NCBI GenBank assembly: GCA_035402825.1
Contig: DAONDZ010000001.1
Coordinates: forward strand, 108,839 to 172,838
DNA from: a bacterium
Lineage (GTDB): Bacteria > Patescibacteriota > Patescibacteriia > Patescibacteriales > UBA12465
Direction of reading: 5' to 3'
DNA length: 64,000 nt
The translations under genes were made by a program, and so were the position numbers. This document shows, piece after piece, positions 45,012-54,035 of the stretch. Numbering within the stretch: the first letter of the stretch is position 1; each line of letters opens with the position of its first letter. The notes under the pieces are model-generated. The model was not told the DNA's origin and made no database searches. It was given only the letters and a program-made list of their open reading frames with translations.

Positions 45012-45019
45012 CAACCAGT

Positions 45020-47266
45020 ATGGAAAAAGTATTCCAGGGTGAGTGGCTGGGCCGTCCTCTCTCTATCAAAACCGGAAAATTAGCCAAGCAGGCTGATGCT
45101 TCCGTTTTGGTCCAATATGGTGAAACCGTGGTCATGGCGACCGTGGTTGAAGCCAAACAAGAACGCGAAGGCGTTGATTTCTTCCCCTTGATGGTAGAGT
45201 TTGAAGAAAAATTATACGCCGCCGGCATTATCAAAGGTTCTCGCTGGGTAAAGCGCGAAGGCCGTCCGACCGATCAATCTATTTTGACCGGCCGAATGAT
45301 TGACCGCTCTATCCGCCCGCTCTTTGATTCTGAATCTAAAAAAGATGTTCAGGTGATTATCACCGTCCTTTCTGTAGACGGCGAAAATGATCATGACATC
45401 GTTTCTCTTGTCGCTGCTTCCGCTGTTTTGTCTATCTCCGGATTAAAATGGCAGGGCCCTATCGGCGGCATCAGAGTCGGCTTAATTGAAGGCCAATTCG
45501 TTTTCAACCCGACCTATGAACAACAAGCTTTAAGCTCGTTGGATTTAATCGTGGCCGGAACTTCAGAAAAAGTTATCATGATTGAAGCTGGCGCTCAAGA
45601 AGTAGCTGAAGATATTATGCTTTCCGCTATTATGGCCGGACAAAAAGAAATGCAACCGGCGATTGATTTAATCAAAACTTTGCAGGCTGGTGTAGAAATC
45701 AAAGAAAAAATGGAAAAGAAAAAGTTGGTTACCGCCGAAGACGAAAAACAAAAAGCTGAAAAAGATAGACTATTGGAAATCGGCCGCACTTGGTTGTCCG
45801 CCAACATCAAAAATTTCTTATTCGACAAAACCTATTACACCAAGGGCGAAAGAAAGGCTGCCGTCTCCGCTATTAAAGAAAATCTCAACCAATATTTATT
45901 TGAACAAAACGTCGAAAAACCACAGCGCGATTTCGTAGTGAAGAAATTAGCCGAAGACATGATTGAAGCTGAGGTCACTCGCGCTATCTTAGAAGAAGGC
46001 CGCCGCGTAGACGGTCGGGCTCTCACTGAAATTCGAGAATTAACCGGTGAAGCCGGTATTTTGCCTAGAAATCACGGCGCTGGACTATTTTCTCGCGGCG
46101 AGACTCAAGTAATGTCTATTGTCACTTTAGGCGCTCCGGGGTTAGAACAATCTTTGGAAGGCATTGAAGGCGCCAGCAAAAAAAGATACATGCATCACTA
46201 TAATTTCCCGCCTTATTCCGTAGGCGAAGCTTCCCCGCTCCGCGGCACCGGCCGCCGTGAAATCGGCCATGGCGCTTTAGCCGAGAAAGCTTTGTTGCCG
46301 GTTATCCCGACCAAGGAAGATTTTGCTTATACTGTTCGCGTGGTTAGTGAAACCCTAGGATCTAATGGTTCTTCTTCCATGGCTTCCACTTGCGGTTCCA
46401 CTCTAGCCTTAATGGATGCCGGCGTGCCGATTAAAAAGCATGTGGCTGGTATTGCTATGGGCTTAGCTTCTAACGCTGATATGTCTCGTTGGGAAGTCTT
46501 AACCGATATTCAAGATTTAGAAGATGGCAACGGCGGTATGGATTTCAAAATCACCGGGACCGACACTGGTTTAACCGCTATCCAATTAGACACCAAGACT
46601 ACCGGATTGACCGAAGAGATTATCAAAAAAACTTTAACCCAAGGACGAGCTGCCTTGAACGAAGTTTTAGATGTCTTGCGCTCAGCCATCCCGGCTCCGC
46701 GTCCGGAATTATCCAAATATGCTCCGCGCATGATTACCATTCGTATCAACCCAGAAAAGATCGGCGCCGTCATCGGCTCCGGCGGCAAAGTCATCAACAA
46801 GATGATTGACGAATACGAGGTGAGCATTGATATTGAAGATGACGGCTTGGTAACCATTTGCGGCAGCAATGCAGCTAACTGCGAAAAGGTAGAAGAATTA
46901 ATCAAGGGCATCGTCAAAGAATTTGAAGCTGGTGAAATCGTCCAAGGCAAAGTGGTGAGAATGTTGGAGTTCGGTGCTTTCGTGGAACTCAATGCCGGCA
47001 ATGACGGCATGGTCCATGTCAGCGAGCTAGCCCCTTATCACATCAACAAGCCGAGCGACTTCTTAAATATCGGCGATATAGTGACCGTCAAGATTAAAGA
47101 AATTGACGATCAGGGCCGTATTAATTTAACCATGAAAGGCTTGCCGGAAAATGAACCGCTTTGGAAAGACCAAAAGGGTAAATCCGAACCGCGACCAGGT
47201 GGATTTGGTGGCGGCAGCCGTTTTAACGGTCCGCGACCGCCGCGCCGGGACAATTTTTCCCGCTAA
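45020..47266 (+). CDS. pnp: Polyribonucleotide nucleotidyltransferase (PNPase)
   Basis: Two RNase PH domains, KH (IGAVIGSGGKVINKMI) and S1 (GEIVQGKVVRMLEFGAFVEL), with a Gly/Arg-rich tail. Confidence 0.95.
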   Translation: MEKVFQGEWLGRPLSIKTGKLAKQADASVLVQYGETVVMATVVEAKQEREGVDFFPLMVEFEEKLYAAGIIKGSRWVKREGRPTDQSILTGRMIDRSIRPLFDSESKKDVQVIITVLSVDGENDHDIVSLVAASAVLSISGLKWQGPIGGIRVGLIEGQFVFNPTYEQQALSSLDLIVAGTSEKVIMIEAGAQEVAEDIMLSAIMAGQKEMQPAIDLIKTLQAGVEIKEKMEKKKLVTAEDEKQKAEKDRLLEIGRTWLSANIKNFLFDKTYYTKGERKAAVSAIKENLNQYLFEQNVEKPQRDFVVKKLAEDMIEAEVTRAILEEGRRVDGRALTEIRELTGEAGILPRNHGAGLFSRGETQVMSIVTLGAPGLEQSLEGIEGASKKRYMHHYNFPPYSVGEASPLRGTGRREIGHGALAEKALLPVIPTKEDFAYTVRVVSETLGSNGSSSMASTCGSTLALMDAGVPIKKHVAGIAMGLASNADMSRWEVLTDIQDLEDGNGGMDFKITGTDTGLTAIQLDTKTTGLTEEIIKKTLTQGRAALNEVLDVLRSAIPAPRPELSKYAPRMITIRINPEKIGAVIGSGGKVINKMIDEYEVSIDIEDDGLVTICGSNAANCEKVEELIKGIVKEFEAGEIVQGKVVRMLEFGAFVELNAGNDGMVHVSELAPYHINKPSDFLNIGDIVTVKIKEIDDQGRINLTMKGLPENEPLWKDQKGKSEPRPGGFGGGSRFNGPRPPRRDNFSR

Positions 47267-47275
47267 ATAGCCAAC

Positions 47276-47304
47276 TTGACTTTTGAGCCTTGTTGGGATA
47301 ATAT
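47276..47304 (+). promoter_or_regulatory. Candidate promoter for rpsP
   Basis: TTGACT (47276-47281), a 17-nt spacer, then TAATAT (47299-47304). Confidence 0.4.
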
Positions 47305-47340
47305 CTAAAAAGCTTAAGAATTAATTAATTATATTGTATT

Positions 47341-47784
47341 ATGTTAATGATCAGACTCTCTAAGGTCGGCAAGAGAAACAAAAAAATGTTCCGCTTGGTC
47401 GTATCCGAGAAAACTAAAGACCCTTTTGCTGATTCTTTGGAAATTTTGGGTTCCTATAACCCGCACAGCAAGGAATTACAGGTTAAAGCTGATAGGGTAA
47501 AACATTGGGTAAAACAGGGCGCCGGTTTATCCGACACTGTCCATAACCTATTAATTGAAAACAAAATCCTTGAAGGCAAGAAATTGGCTATCACCAAAAT
47601 CACCAAGAAACGCCAGGATAAAATGGGTAAAAAGGTAGAAGAAGCCAAGAAAGCTGCTGAGGATGCTAAGGCTAAAGCCGAAGCTGCCGCTGAAGCTGCT
47701 AAGGCTGAGGCTGCCGCTCCGGTAGAAGCTCCGGCCGAAGAAACTCCGGCAGAGGCTCCGACCACCGAAGAACCGCAAGCCTAG
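47341..47784 (+). CDS. rpsP: 30S ribosomal protein S16 with Ala/Glu/Lys-rich C-terminal extension
   Basis: MIRLSKVGKRNKKMFRLVVSEK...GSYNP (the second ATG at 47347 fits the family N-terminus), then KKAAEDAKAKAEAAAEAAKAEAAAPVEAPAEE. Confidence 0.9.
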   Translation: MLMIRLSKVGKRNKKMFRLVVSEKTKDPFADSLEILGSYNPHSKELQVKADRVKHWVKQGAGLSDTVHNLLIENKILEGKKLAITKITKKRQDKMGKKVEEAKKAAEDAKAKAEAAAEAAKAEAAAPVEAPAEETPAEAPTTEEPQA

Positions 47785-47785
47785 T

Positions 47786-47813
47786 TTGACAGAATAAGGT
47801 ATTCTGTTATAAT
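47786..47813 (+). promoter_or_regulatory. Consensus sigma70-type promoter between rpsP and the KH gene
   Basis: TTGACA (47786-47791), a 16-nt spacer, then TGtTATAAT (47805-47813). The spacer contains the inverted repeat GAATA-AGG-TATTC. Confidence 0.5.
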
Positions 47814-47925
47814 AATGATATAATTCCCTGGTTTCAGGGTATGTATAATTAACAAAAGTCAACAAATGCTGGGTTTTCGAACTATCGAGACCTCAATCCG
47901 TTTGTCCGACTTTTATTACCGAAGT

Positions 47926-48246
47926 ATGAAGGACAAAGAATTTCTAGAAATGATTGTCAAAGCAATTGTGTCCACCCCGGATGCTGTTTCTGTAGACAGA
48001 ACGGTTGATGAGATGGGTGTTCTTTTGACCTTAAAAATCGATCCAGCTGACATGGGTTACGTAATCGGCCGCCGCGGTCAAACCGCTCAGGCTATTCGCA
48101 CCTTGTTGAAGATCGTCGGTGCCAAGAACAACTCCCGCGTGAACTTGAAGATCTATGATCCGAATGCCGGTTCTCGTCCGCGCCGCCAGGACCACCCAGA
48201 ACAAGAAGTGGTGGATACCTCCGCGGTTGATGATTTAAAGATTTAA
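47926..48246 (+). CDS. KH-domain RNA-binding protein (YlqC/UPF0109 family)
   Basis: IVKAIVSTPDAVSVD...LLTLKIDPADMGYVIGRRGQTAQAIRTLLK, with rpsP-KH-trmD synteny. Start set at ATG 47926 rather than the track start at 47866. Confidence 0.7.
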   Translation: MKDKEFLEMIVKAIVSTPDAVSVDRTVDEMGVLLTLKIDPADMGYVIGRRGQTAQAIRTLLKIVGAKNNSRVNLKIYDPNAGSRPRRQDHPEQEVVDTSAVDDLKI

Positions 48247-48269
48247 TCTTTTACATCCCAAAATATTCA

Positions 48270-48300
48270 AAAAGCCACACCTATTTTTGTTGTGGCTTTT
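48270..48300 (+). terminator. Terminator after the KH gene
   Basis: AAAAGCCACA / TGTGGCTTTT stem with an 11-nt loop, then a T-run. Confidence 0.6.
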
Positions 48301-48316
48301 TGATTAATAACTAACT

Positions 48317-48979
48317 ATGACTTTTAAACTATTGGGTATCTTCCCGCAAATTTTCGCTTCCTATCTCGGAGAAAGCATCATCAAGCGAGCGCAGGAACAA
48401 AAGGCTATCAAAATAGAGAGCTATGATTTAAGAGACTGGGCTAATGACAAGCACCGGCGGGTTGATGATACCCCCTATGGCGGCGGGGCCGGTATGCTCA
48501 TGAAAATTGAACCCTTATACCAAGCCCTAAAAACTATCACCAAAAACAAAGCCAAAAAGAGGAAGATTATTCTCCTCTCCGCTCAAGGCAAAAGATGGAG
48601 CCAATCTTTAGCGCAAAAGTATTCTAAATATGATGAGTTAGTTTTGATTTCCGGACGCTATGAAGGTGTAGATGACAGGATAAAAAAAATCATTGATGAA
48701 GAAATTTCTATCGGCGACTACGTTCTAACCGGCGGCGAATTAGGCGCCCTAGTTATTATTGATTCAATCACCCGCCTGCTGCCTGGAGTACTACTCAACG
48801 CCGACAGCCTGAAAGAAGAATCTCATTCTCAACCGGGAGTCTTGGAATATCCGCAATATACTAAGCCCGCCGAGTTTAAAATTGGCCAAAAAAAATACAG
48901 CGTTCCCGCTGTCCTACTCTCCGGCAATCATCAAAAGATTAAAGAGTGGCGCGATAAGAACCAAAAGAAGATAAAGTAA
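48317..48979 (+). CDS. trmD: tRNA (guanine37-N1)-methyltransferase
   Basis: YDLRDWANDKHRRVDDTPYGGGAGMLMK, LSAQGK, ISGRYEGVDDR, GDYVLTGGE. Confidence 0.92.
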   Translation: MTFKLLGIFPQIFASYLGESIIKRAQEQKAIKIESYDLRDWANDKHRRVDDTPYGGGAGMLMKIEPLYQALKTITKNKAKKRKIILLSAQGKRWSQSLAQKYSKYDELVLISGRYEGVDDRIKKIIDEEISIGDYVLTGGELGALVIIDSITRLLPGVLLNADSLKEESHSQPGVLEYPQYTKPAEFKIGQKKYSVPAVLLSGNHQKIKEWRDKNQKKIK

Positions 48980-49955
48980 TATTCCCCGGAATTAAAAAAC
49001 CGCTTGCTTGCGGGTGCCCGCCCCCACCGAATACTTGAGCCAAATGATTCATGTTAACGGTCTTGTCGCTGCTGCGCCAATTCCCTTTCAGCCCGTCCGG
49101 ATTGTCTCGTAACAACAAAACTCCTTTGACACCGCCTAAGTTGCTCAAAGCTCCAGCCACATCGCCAAAGACATCATGGCCGACTAATTCGGTATTCTCC
49201 GGATCAATAATTTCCGCCAATTCTTTTTGGCTTAAAACCGTTACCCCTAAATTATATTTCTGATTAATTCTTAAATTCTTCAAAGCTAGGCCCCAAATCT
49301 TTAAAGAAACTAAGTCTTGGCGGCGAGCTGTATTTTGTAATATTTTTGGCAGCTGAGCCCCCTTCTCCAACAACTCCGAAGAAATCTTAATGGAACTATC
49401 GCTGGTAATGGGATAGAGGAAATTACCGGTGTCAGTCAAAATGCCGGCCAATAACAGACTGGCCAAATTCTTGTTAATCTTTAAATCGTTTTCCTTTAAA
49501 AAATAATATAATAATTCACAGGTTGAGCTGACGCTCGGTACCCGGATTTCTAAGTCAGCAAAAGTTTCGGTACGCGGGTGATGGTCTAATTCAATAATAA
49601 ACAAATCTTTTCTTTTTTCAGAGCTCTCCAGCTCTTTTATTTTATCCGCTAATCCCGTCCTCTTTGGCGAGCCGCAATCCAACACTATCATTAAATCATA
49701 ATTACTTAAGCTAAAATCAGCCGGCAACTGAGAAGCCACTTTTTCTTCATGGCGCAAAAAACTAAAAGCTAAAGCTTCTTTCTCCGGAGCATAGGCAAAA
49801 TATTTCTGGCCATTAGCTTCGGCTAGTTCGATCATCACTCCAATAGAAGACAAAGCATCCGGGTCCGGATGCCAATGGGAAACTATTAAAATATTCTTAG
49901 CCTGAGCTATTTTCTGATAAGCCAGGGCTAATAATGGCTTAATATCCGTATTCAT
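48939..49955 (-). CDS. nrnA: DHH/DHHA1 phosphoesterase (NrnA-like nanoRNase/pAp phosphatase)
   Basis: HWHPDPDALSS, VLDCG, ELDHHP, LTDTGNF, GGGGHPQASG. The 3' end overlaps the trmD 3' end by 41 nt. Confidence 0.8.
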   Translation of the reverse strand: MNTDIKPLLALAYQKIAQAKNILIVSHWHPDPDALSSIGVMIELAEANGQKYFAYAPEKEALAFSFLRHEEKVASQLPADFSLSNYDLMIVLDCGSPKRTGLADKIKELESSEKRKDLFIIELDHHPRTETFADLEIRVPSVSSTCELLYYFLKENDLKINKNLASLLLAGILTDTGNFLYPITSDSSIKISSELLEKGAQLPKILQNTARRQDLVSLKIWGLALKNLRINQKYNLGVTVLSQKELAEIIDPENTELVGHDVFGDVAGALSNLGGVKGVLLLRDNPDGLKGNWRSSDKTVNMNHLAQVFGGGGHPQASGFLIPGNITLSSFGSYRATL

Positions 49956-49958
49956 AGT

Positions 49959-50309
49959 TTAAGATAATATTCTTCTGATCTCAGCTTCGTCTTCATCAAT
50001 CACCGCTTCAATCTCGGCCGCTTTCTCTTCGGTATTATCAACCGCCCAAGTAATCTGAGGAAATCGGCGCAGCTTAACTCTCTTTTTCACTTCCACCAAG
50101 ATAGCGCTAGTTTTCTTTCTCAATTCTTTCAAAGCACTGCCGGATTGATTAAAGGGCAAAACCGAAATACCGGCCTTGGCATAATGACCATCAGAGGAGG
50201 AAATGACGTAAGTAATAGTAAGCAGAGTATCAGGTAACTCCACCTCTTTTAAAATAGCGGCCGCCAATTCGTGCCGCAATAGTTCGTTGACTTGGTCTAT
50301 TTTAGACAT
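49959..50309 (-). CDS. rbfA: Ribosome-binding factor A
   Basis: NELLRHELAAAILKEV..LLTITYV..S.D...A...V, with infB-rbfA synteny. Confidence 0.85.
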   Translation of the reverse strand: MSKIDQVNELLRHELAAAILKEVELPDTLLTITYVISSSDGHYAKAGISVLPFNQSGSALKELRKKTSAILVEVKKRVKLRRFPQITWAVDNTEEKAAEIEAVIDEDEAEIRRILS

Positions 50310-50312
50310 AAA

Positions 50313-52298
50313 TTAAATTTTGGAAACGACTTCTTCTTCTCGATAGATATTCAAAATATCACCTTCTTGGATTAAAGGCTTGCCTTCATATTTAATACCG
50401 CATTCTTGATTTATTTCCACTCGATTAACATCCTGTTTACCAGACTGTAGTTTGACTAATTTACCAGTAGTCACAATCTCTTTGCCTCGAGTCACTTCTA
50501 CCAAGGTATCGTTTTCGACAAAGCCGTCCAAAACCTTGCCGCCCACTACCTGCTGGCTGCTTTCGCTTCTAAAAATAGCCAAGACTTTGAGGCGACCTAA
50601 ATCATGGCGAACGATATCCGGTCGAACTAAAGTTTGCATTTCGCCTTTAACATATTTAATTAAATCATAGATGATGTTGTATAAATTGACCTTAACGCCC
50701 TTTTCTCTAATTAACGGTTCGGCGTTAGGCTGCAGTCTGACATTAAATCCTAAGATTTCCGCGCTGGAATCTTCGGCTCTTTTGACATCACCTTCATTGA
50801 TGTTGCCTAAGCCGCGAGCGATAATCTTAACTTTAATCTTTTCGGTGTTTAGCTTCAACAAAGATTCTTCAATGGCTTCCGCTGAACCCAAAACATCACT
50901 CTTGATGATAACATTGAACTTCGGAGTTTTCTCGTCATTGTCGTCATGATCGGTTTGCATTTGAGCGGCCGGAGCAATCGCCGAGCTGCTGTGCTTAGCC
51001 TTAATTCTCTCCCCTTCTCCAACCGCTAACATATCACCAACTTCCGGCAACATTTTCAGTCCTAATATTCTAGCCGGAGTAGACGGTCCGGCGGCTTCAA
51101 TAATTTCACCGCGGTAGCTCTTCAAACTTTTCACCTTGCCATAGATGGAGCTATTGAAACATAATTGGTCCCCTACCCGCAAAGTTCCATTCTGCACCAA
51201 GATGGTGGCAATGGGTCCGGCTCCTTTATCAATTCTAGCTTCAATAATAGTACCGATAGCCGAGGCTTCAGGATTGGCTTTTAAATTCTCTGATTCGGTT
51301 TCGGCTAGCAAGACTAACATATCTAATAATTCTTCAATTCCCTTCCCATCTTTAGCTGAAACCGGTACGGCGATAGCTTTGCCGCCCCAATCTTCAGTGG
51401 TGATGTTTAATTGAGTAGATAATTCTTGTTTGGTGCGATTAATATCAGCATCAGGCTTATCAATTTTGTTAATAGCTACCACGTACGGAATTTTAGCAGC
51501 TTCAATAATTCTAAAAGCTTCCACGGTCTGCGGTTTCACGCCATCATCGGCGGCCACCACTAAAACGGCAATGTCAGCCACTTTAGCACCGCGACTGCGC
51601 ATAGCAGTAAAAGCCTCATGGCCCGGAGTATCAATAAAAGTAATTAATTGATCTTTGCGCTTTACTTGATAAGCACCAATATGTTGAGTAATGCCACCGG
51701 CTTCTCCAGCCACAACGTTGGTCTGGCGGATAGCGTCCAATAATTTAGTTTTGCCATGATCAACATGACCCATGACCACAATCACCGGCGGCCGGCCAAT
51801 CATCTTTTCTTGGTTTTCATTTTCTAAAACCTTAGCTAACTTTTGTTCTTCCGAGTCATCGGTGTCCGCATCAGTCTTTTCTGCTAACTTAATTTCCAAA
51901 CCTAAGTCAGCGCCAATAATAGAAGCGGTATCAAAATCAACCTTTTCATTCATGGAAACAAAAATGCCGTTCTTCATGAGTTCGGCCAAAACCTTGTTAA
52001 TCGGCAAGTCGGCCATCGCCGCTAAATCTCTGACGGTAATTAATCCAGGGATAAAAACTTCTTTTTTTTCAATCACCGGCTCCGGGATGCCCATTTTAGC
52101 TCGAGCTTCTTTTTCTTCCGCTAGTTTTTTAGCTTGTAATTGGCGATAAAACATCGGCCATTCTCTAATAATCCGGCGAGCGGTAACATTATCAACCTTA
52201 ATAGCTTTTTGACCAATATTAAAACCCATCTGCGGTAACAGATCTTTTAGTTCTTGCGGGCTAATTTTTAGAATGCGAGCTAGCTCGGTGACATTCAT
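50313..52298 (-). CDS. infB: Translation initiation factor IF-2
   Basis: [37 protein letters not shown]; 661 aa. Confidence 0.95.
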   Translation of the reverse strand: MNVTELARILKISPQELKDLLPQMGFNIGQKAIKVDNVTARRIIREWPMFYRQLQAKKLAEEKEARAKMGIPEPVIEKKEVFIPGLITVRDLAAMADLPINKVLAELMKNGIFVSMNEKVDFDTASIIGADLGLEIKLAEKTDADTDDSEEQKLAKVLENENQEKMIGRPPVIVVMGHVDHGKTKLLDAIRQTNVVAGEAGGITQHIGAYQVKRKDQLITFIDTPGHEAFTAMRSRGAKVADIAVLVVAADDGVKPQTVEAFRIIEAAKIPYVVAINKIDKPDADINRTKQELSTQLNITTEDWGGKAIAVPVSAKDGKGIEELLDMLVLLAETESENLKANPEASAIGTIIEARIDKGAGPIATILVQNGTLRVGDQLCFNSSIYGKVKSLKSYRGEIIEAAGPSTPARILGLKMLPEVGDMLAVGEGERIKAKHSSSAIAPAAQMQTDHDDNDEKTPKFNVIIKSDVLGSAEAIEESLLKLNTEKIKVKIIARGLGNINEGDVKRAEDSSAEILGFNVRLQPNAEPLIREKGVKVNLYNIIYDLIKYVKGEMQTLVRPDIVRHDLGRLKVLAIFRSESSQQVVGGKVLDGFVENDTLVEVTRGKEIVTTGKLVKLQSGKQDVNRVEINQECGIKYEGKPLIQEGDILNIYREEEVVSKI

Positions 52299-52485
52299 AG
52301 GTTTTTTAACTTAAGTCCACTAATTACTACCCTTTTGATATCAACACCTTTTCCCCAGATATATTTTGGCTAATATTAGTAATTTGGAAAAGATTAGTCC
52401 ACAAATTAGTGGACTTATCTCCCTGTGTTTTCTGTTGATAAAATTGATTAATTCGGGCAAAACTTGGTTTTATGAGAAAAATCTG

Positions 52486-52559
<74 letters not shown>

Positions 52560-52619
52560 GATAATAATCAAAACAATAATCCTATTATATATTAACTCTT
52601 AAAAATTTTCAATACTCTG

Positions 52620-52691
52620 TGCCCCCACTACGAATCGAACGTAGATCTAGGACTTAGGAGATCCCTATTTTATCCATTAAACTATGGGGGC
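52620..52691 (-). tRNA. tRNA-Arg (anticodon CCU)
   Basis: GCCCCCA/TGGGGGC acceptor, GGGAT-CTCCTAA-GTCCT anticodon arm (two G:U pairs), CTACG-TTCGATT-CGTAG T arm. Confidence 0.8.
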
Positions 52692-52802
52692 TCACATTGC
52701 TAGTATTATATAGACTTTTATTTCTTTTGACAAATAAGCCTAATTACCTTAAAATAGAACTAAGAAAAACTTAAGAAAAATAAATAATTAAGCCTCAATT
52801 TT

Positions 52803-53195
52803 ATGTTTAAAAAAGAAAACCATCCCGAGAATTTCAAGGATGTCGAAACCATTATCGGCGAATCTATTAAGGTTAAGGGCAACTTTAACGGCAATGGCAA
52901 TATTGTCATTGACGGCCTTTTAGAAGGCTCTTTAAGCACTAAAGGAAACGTCTTCATTGGTGAGAAAGCTAAAATTGCTGGCAACGTCAGCGCTCAAGAA
53001 ATTATTATCAACGGCGAAATCAGCGGCAACTTAAATGTCAAAGAAACTTTATCTGTCGGTTCTACCGCTAGAATATACGGTGATATTGAGTGCGCTAATA
53101 TGTCTATTGAACATGGCGCTATTTTTAATGGCAAGTCTTTCATGGGCAAAAAAGTAGCTAATATTAGCGAAAAGGAAGAAAAGATTCAAGAGTAG
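52803..53195 (+). CDS. Bactofilin (polymer-forming cytoskeletal protein)
   Basis: Beta-helical repeats GNIVIDGLLEGSLSTKGNVFIGEKAKIAGNVSAQEIIINGEISGNLNV... Confidence 0.8.
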   Translation: MFKKENHPENFKDVETIIGESIKVKGNFNGNGNIVIDGLLEGSLSTKGNVFIGEKAKIAGNVSAQEIIINGEISGNLNVKETLSVGSTARIYGDIECANMSIEHGAIFNGKSFMGKKVANISEKEEKIQE

Positions 53196-53222
53196 ACTCT
53201 TCTCTATCTTAGATTATTTTAT

Positions 53223-53963
53223 ATGAATCTTTTTATCTATGATGATTTTTTAAAGCGGCACACCAAAAAAGTCAGCCAAATTGAAGCGAGTTTGCATAAC
53301 CTAAACTTAAGCGGCAAAATAATTTATCTCGGCGGAATAAAAAAGATTGATGATTTAATTAAAGCTGAAATCAGTACCGGCGCCAGAAATATTATTGCTG
53401 TCGGCAACAACCGCACCATTAGCAAAATCCTGAATGTCATTATGACCGTGGACGTCAAAACCTTAAACTCTTTGAGTTTAGGTATTATCCCGGTAGGAGA
53501 AAACAATTCTATCGCTGCCTCCTGGGGCGTTAACAGTGAAAAGAACGCCGCTCATATTATTTTAGCTCGAAGAGTAGAAAAACTGGATGTCGCTTATGCG
53601 AATGATGATTGCTTTATCTCCGGAGCTCAGATTAAGGCCAAGGGCACAACTTTAAAGATTAAAGACTTCACTATTGACCCTATTAAAAATGGTCAAATCA
53701 GCCTTTTCAATATCTTGCCTCAAAAATGTTCCTCAAAGAACATTTCTGCCAATCCTCAAGATGGGCTATTAGACCTCTATATAGATACCGGCAACAAGAA
53801 GCCCAGCTTCTTTGCGGTAAAGGAGTTAGAAATAGAAACCAGCAACAAAGAGAAGCTTATTCTAGACGAAGCCATTGAAACTGAATTACCGGCCAAAATA
53901 GGCATAATAGGCCATCGTTTAAATATTATCGTCGGCCGAGACCGGACTTTCAACTTAGACTAA
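53223..53963 (+). CDS. Diacylglycerol/lipid-kinase-fold (DAGK_cat-like) protein with degenerate nucleotide loop
   Basis: NIIAVGNNRTISKILNVI occupies the place of the canonical vvaGGDGTvnevvn motif. Length and layout resemble YegS/BmrU-type kinases. Tentative. Confidence 0.4.
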   Translation: MNLFIYDDFLKRHTKKVSQIEASLHNLNLSGKIIYLGGIKKIDDLIKAEISTGARNIIAVGNNRTISKILNVIMTVDVKTLNSLSLGIIPVGENNSIAASWGVNSEKNAAHIILARRVEKLDVAYANDDCFISGAQIKAKGTTLKIKDFTIDPIKNGQISLFNILPQKCSSKNISANPQDGLLDLYIDTGNKKPSFFAVKELEIETSNKEKLILDEAIETELPAKIGIIGHRLNIIVGRDRTFNLD

Positions 53964-54035
53964 AATGTTCCTCAAGGAACAATATACAAAAAACCCCTAT
54001 TTTTACAGGGATTTTTTGATATTTTCAATTATTCT

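Noticed and set aside
46489-47010. Overlapping plus- and minus-strand ORFs inside pnp.
   Set aside because: They are alternative-frame and antisense ORFs within a confidently identified PNPase gene.
47454-47865. Two minus-strand ORFs (103 and 104 aa) rich in Ala/Ser.
   Set aside because: They mirror the Ala/Glu/Lys-rich tail of rpsP (GCU/GAA repeats read in reverse) and have no independent support.
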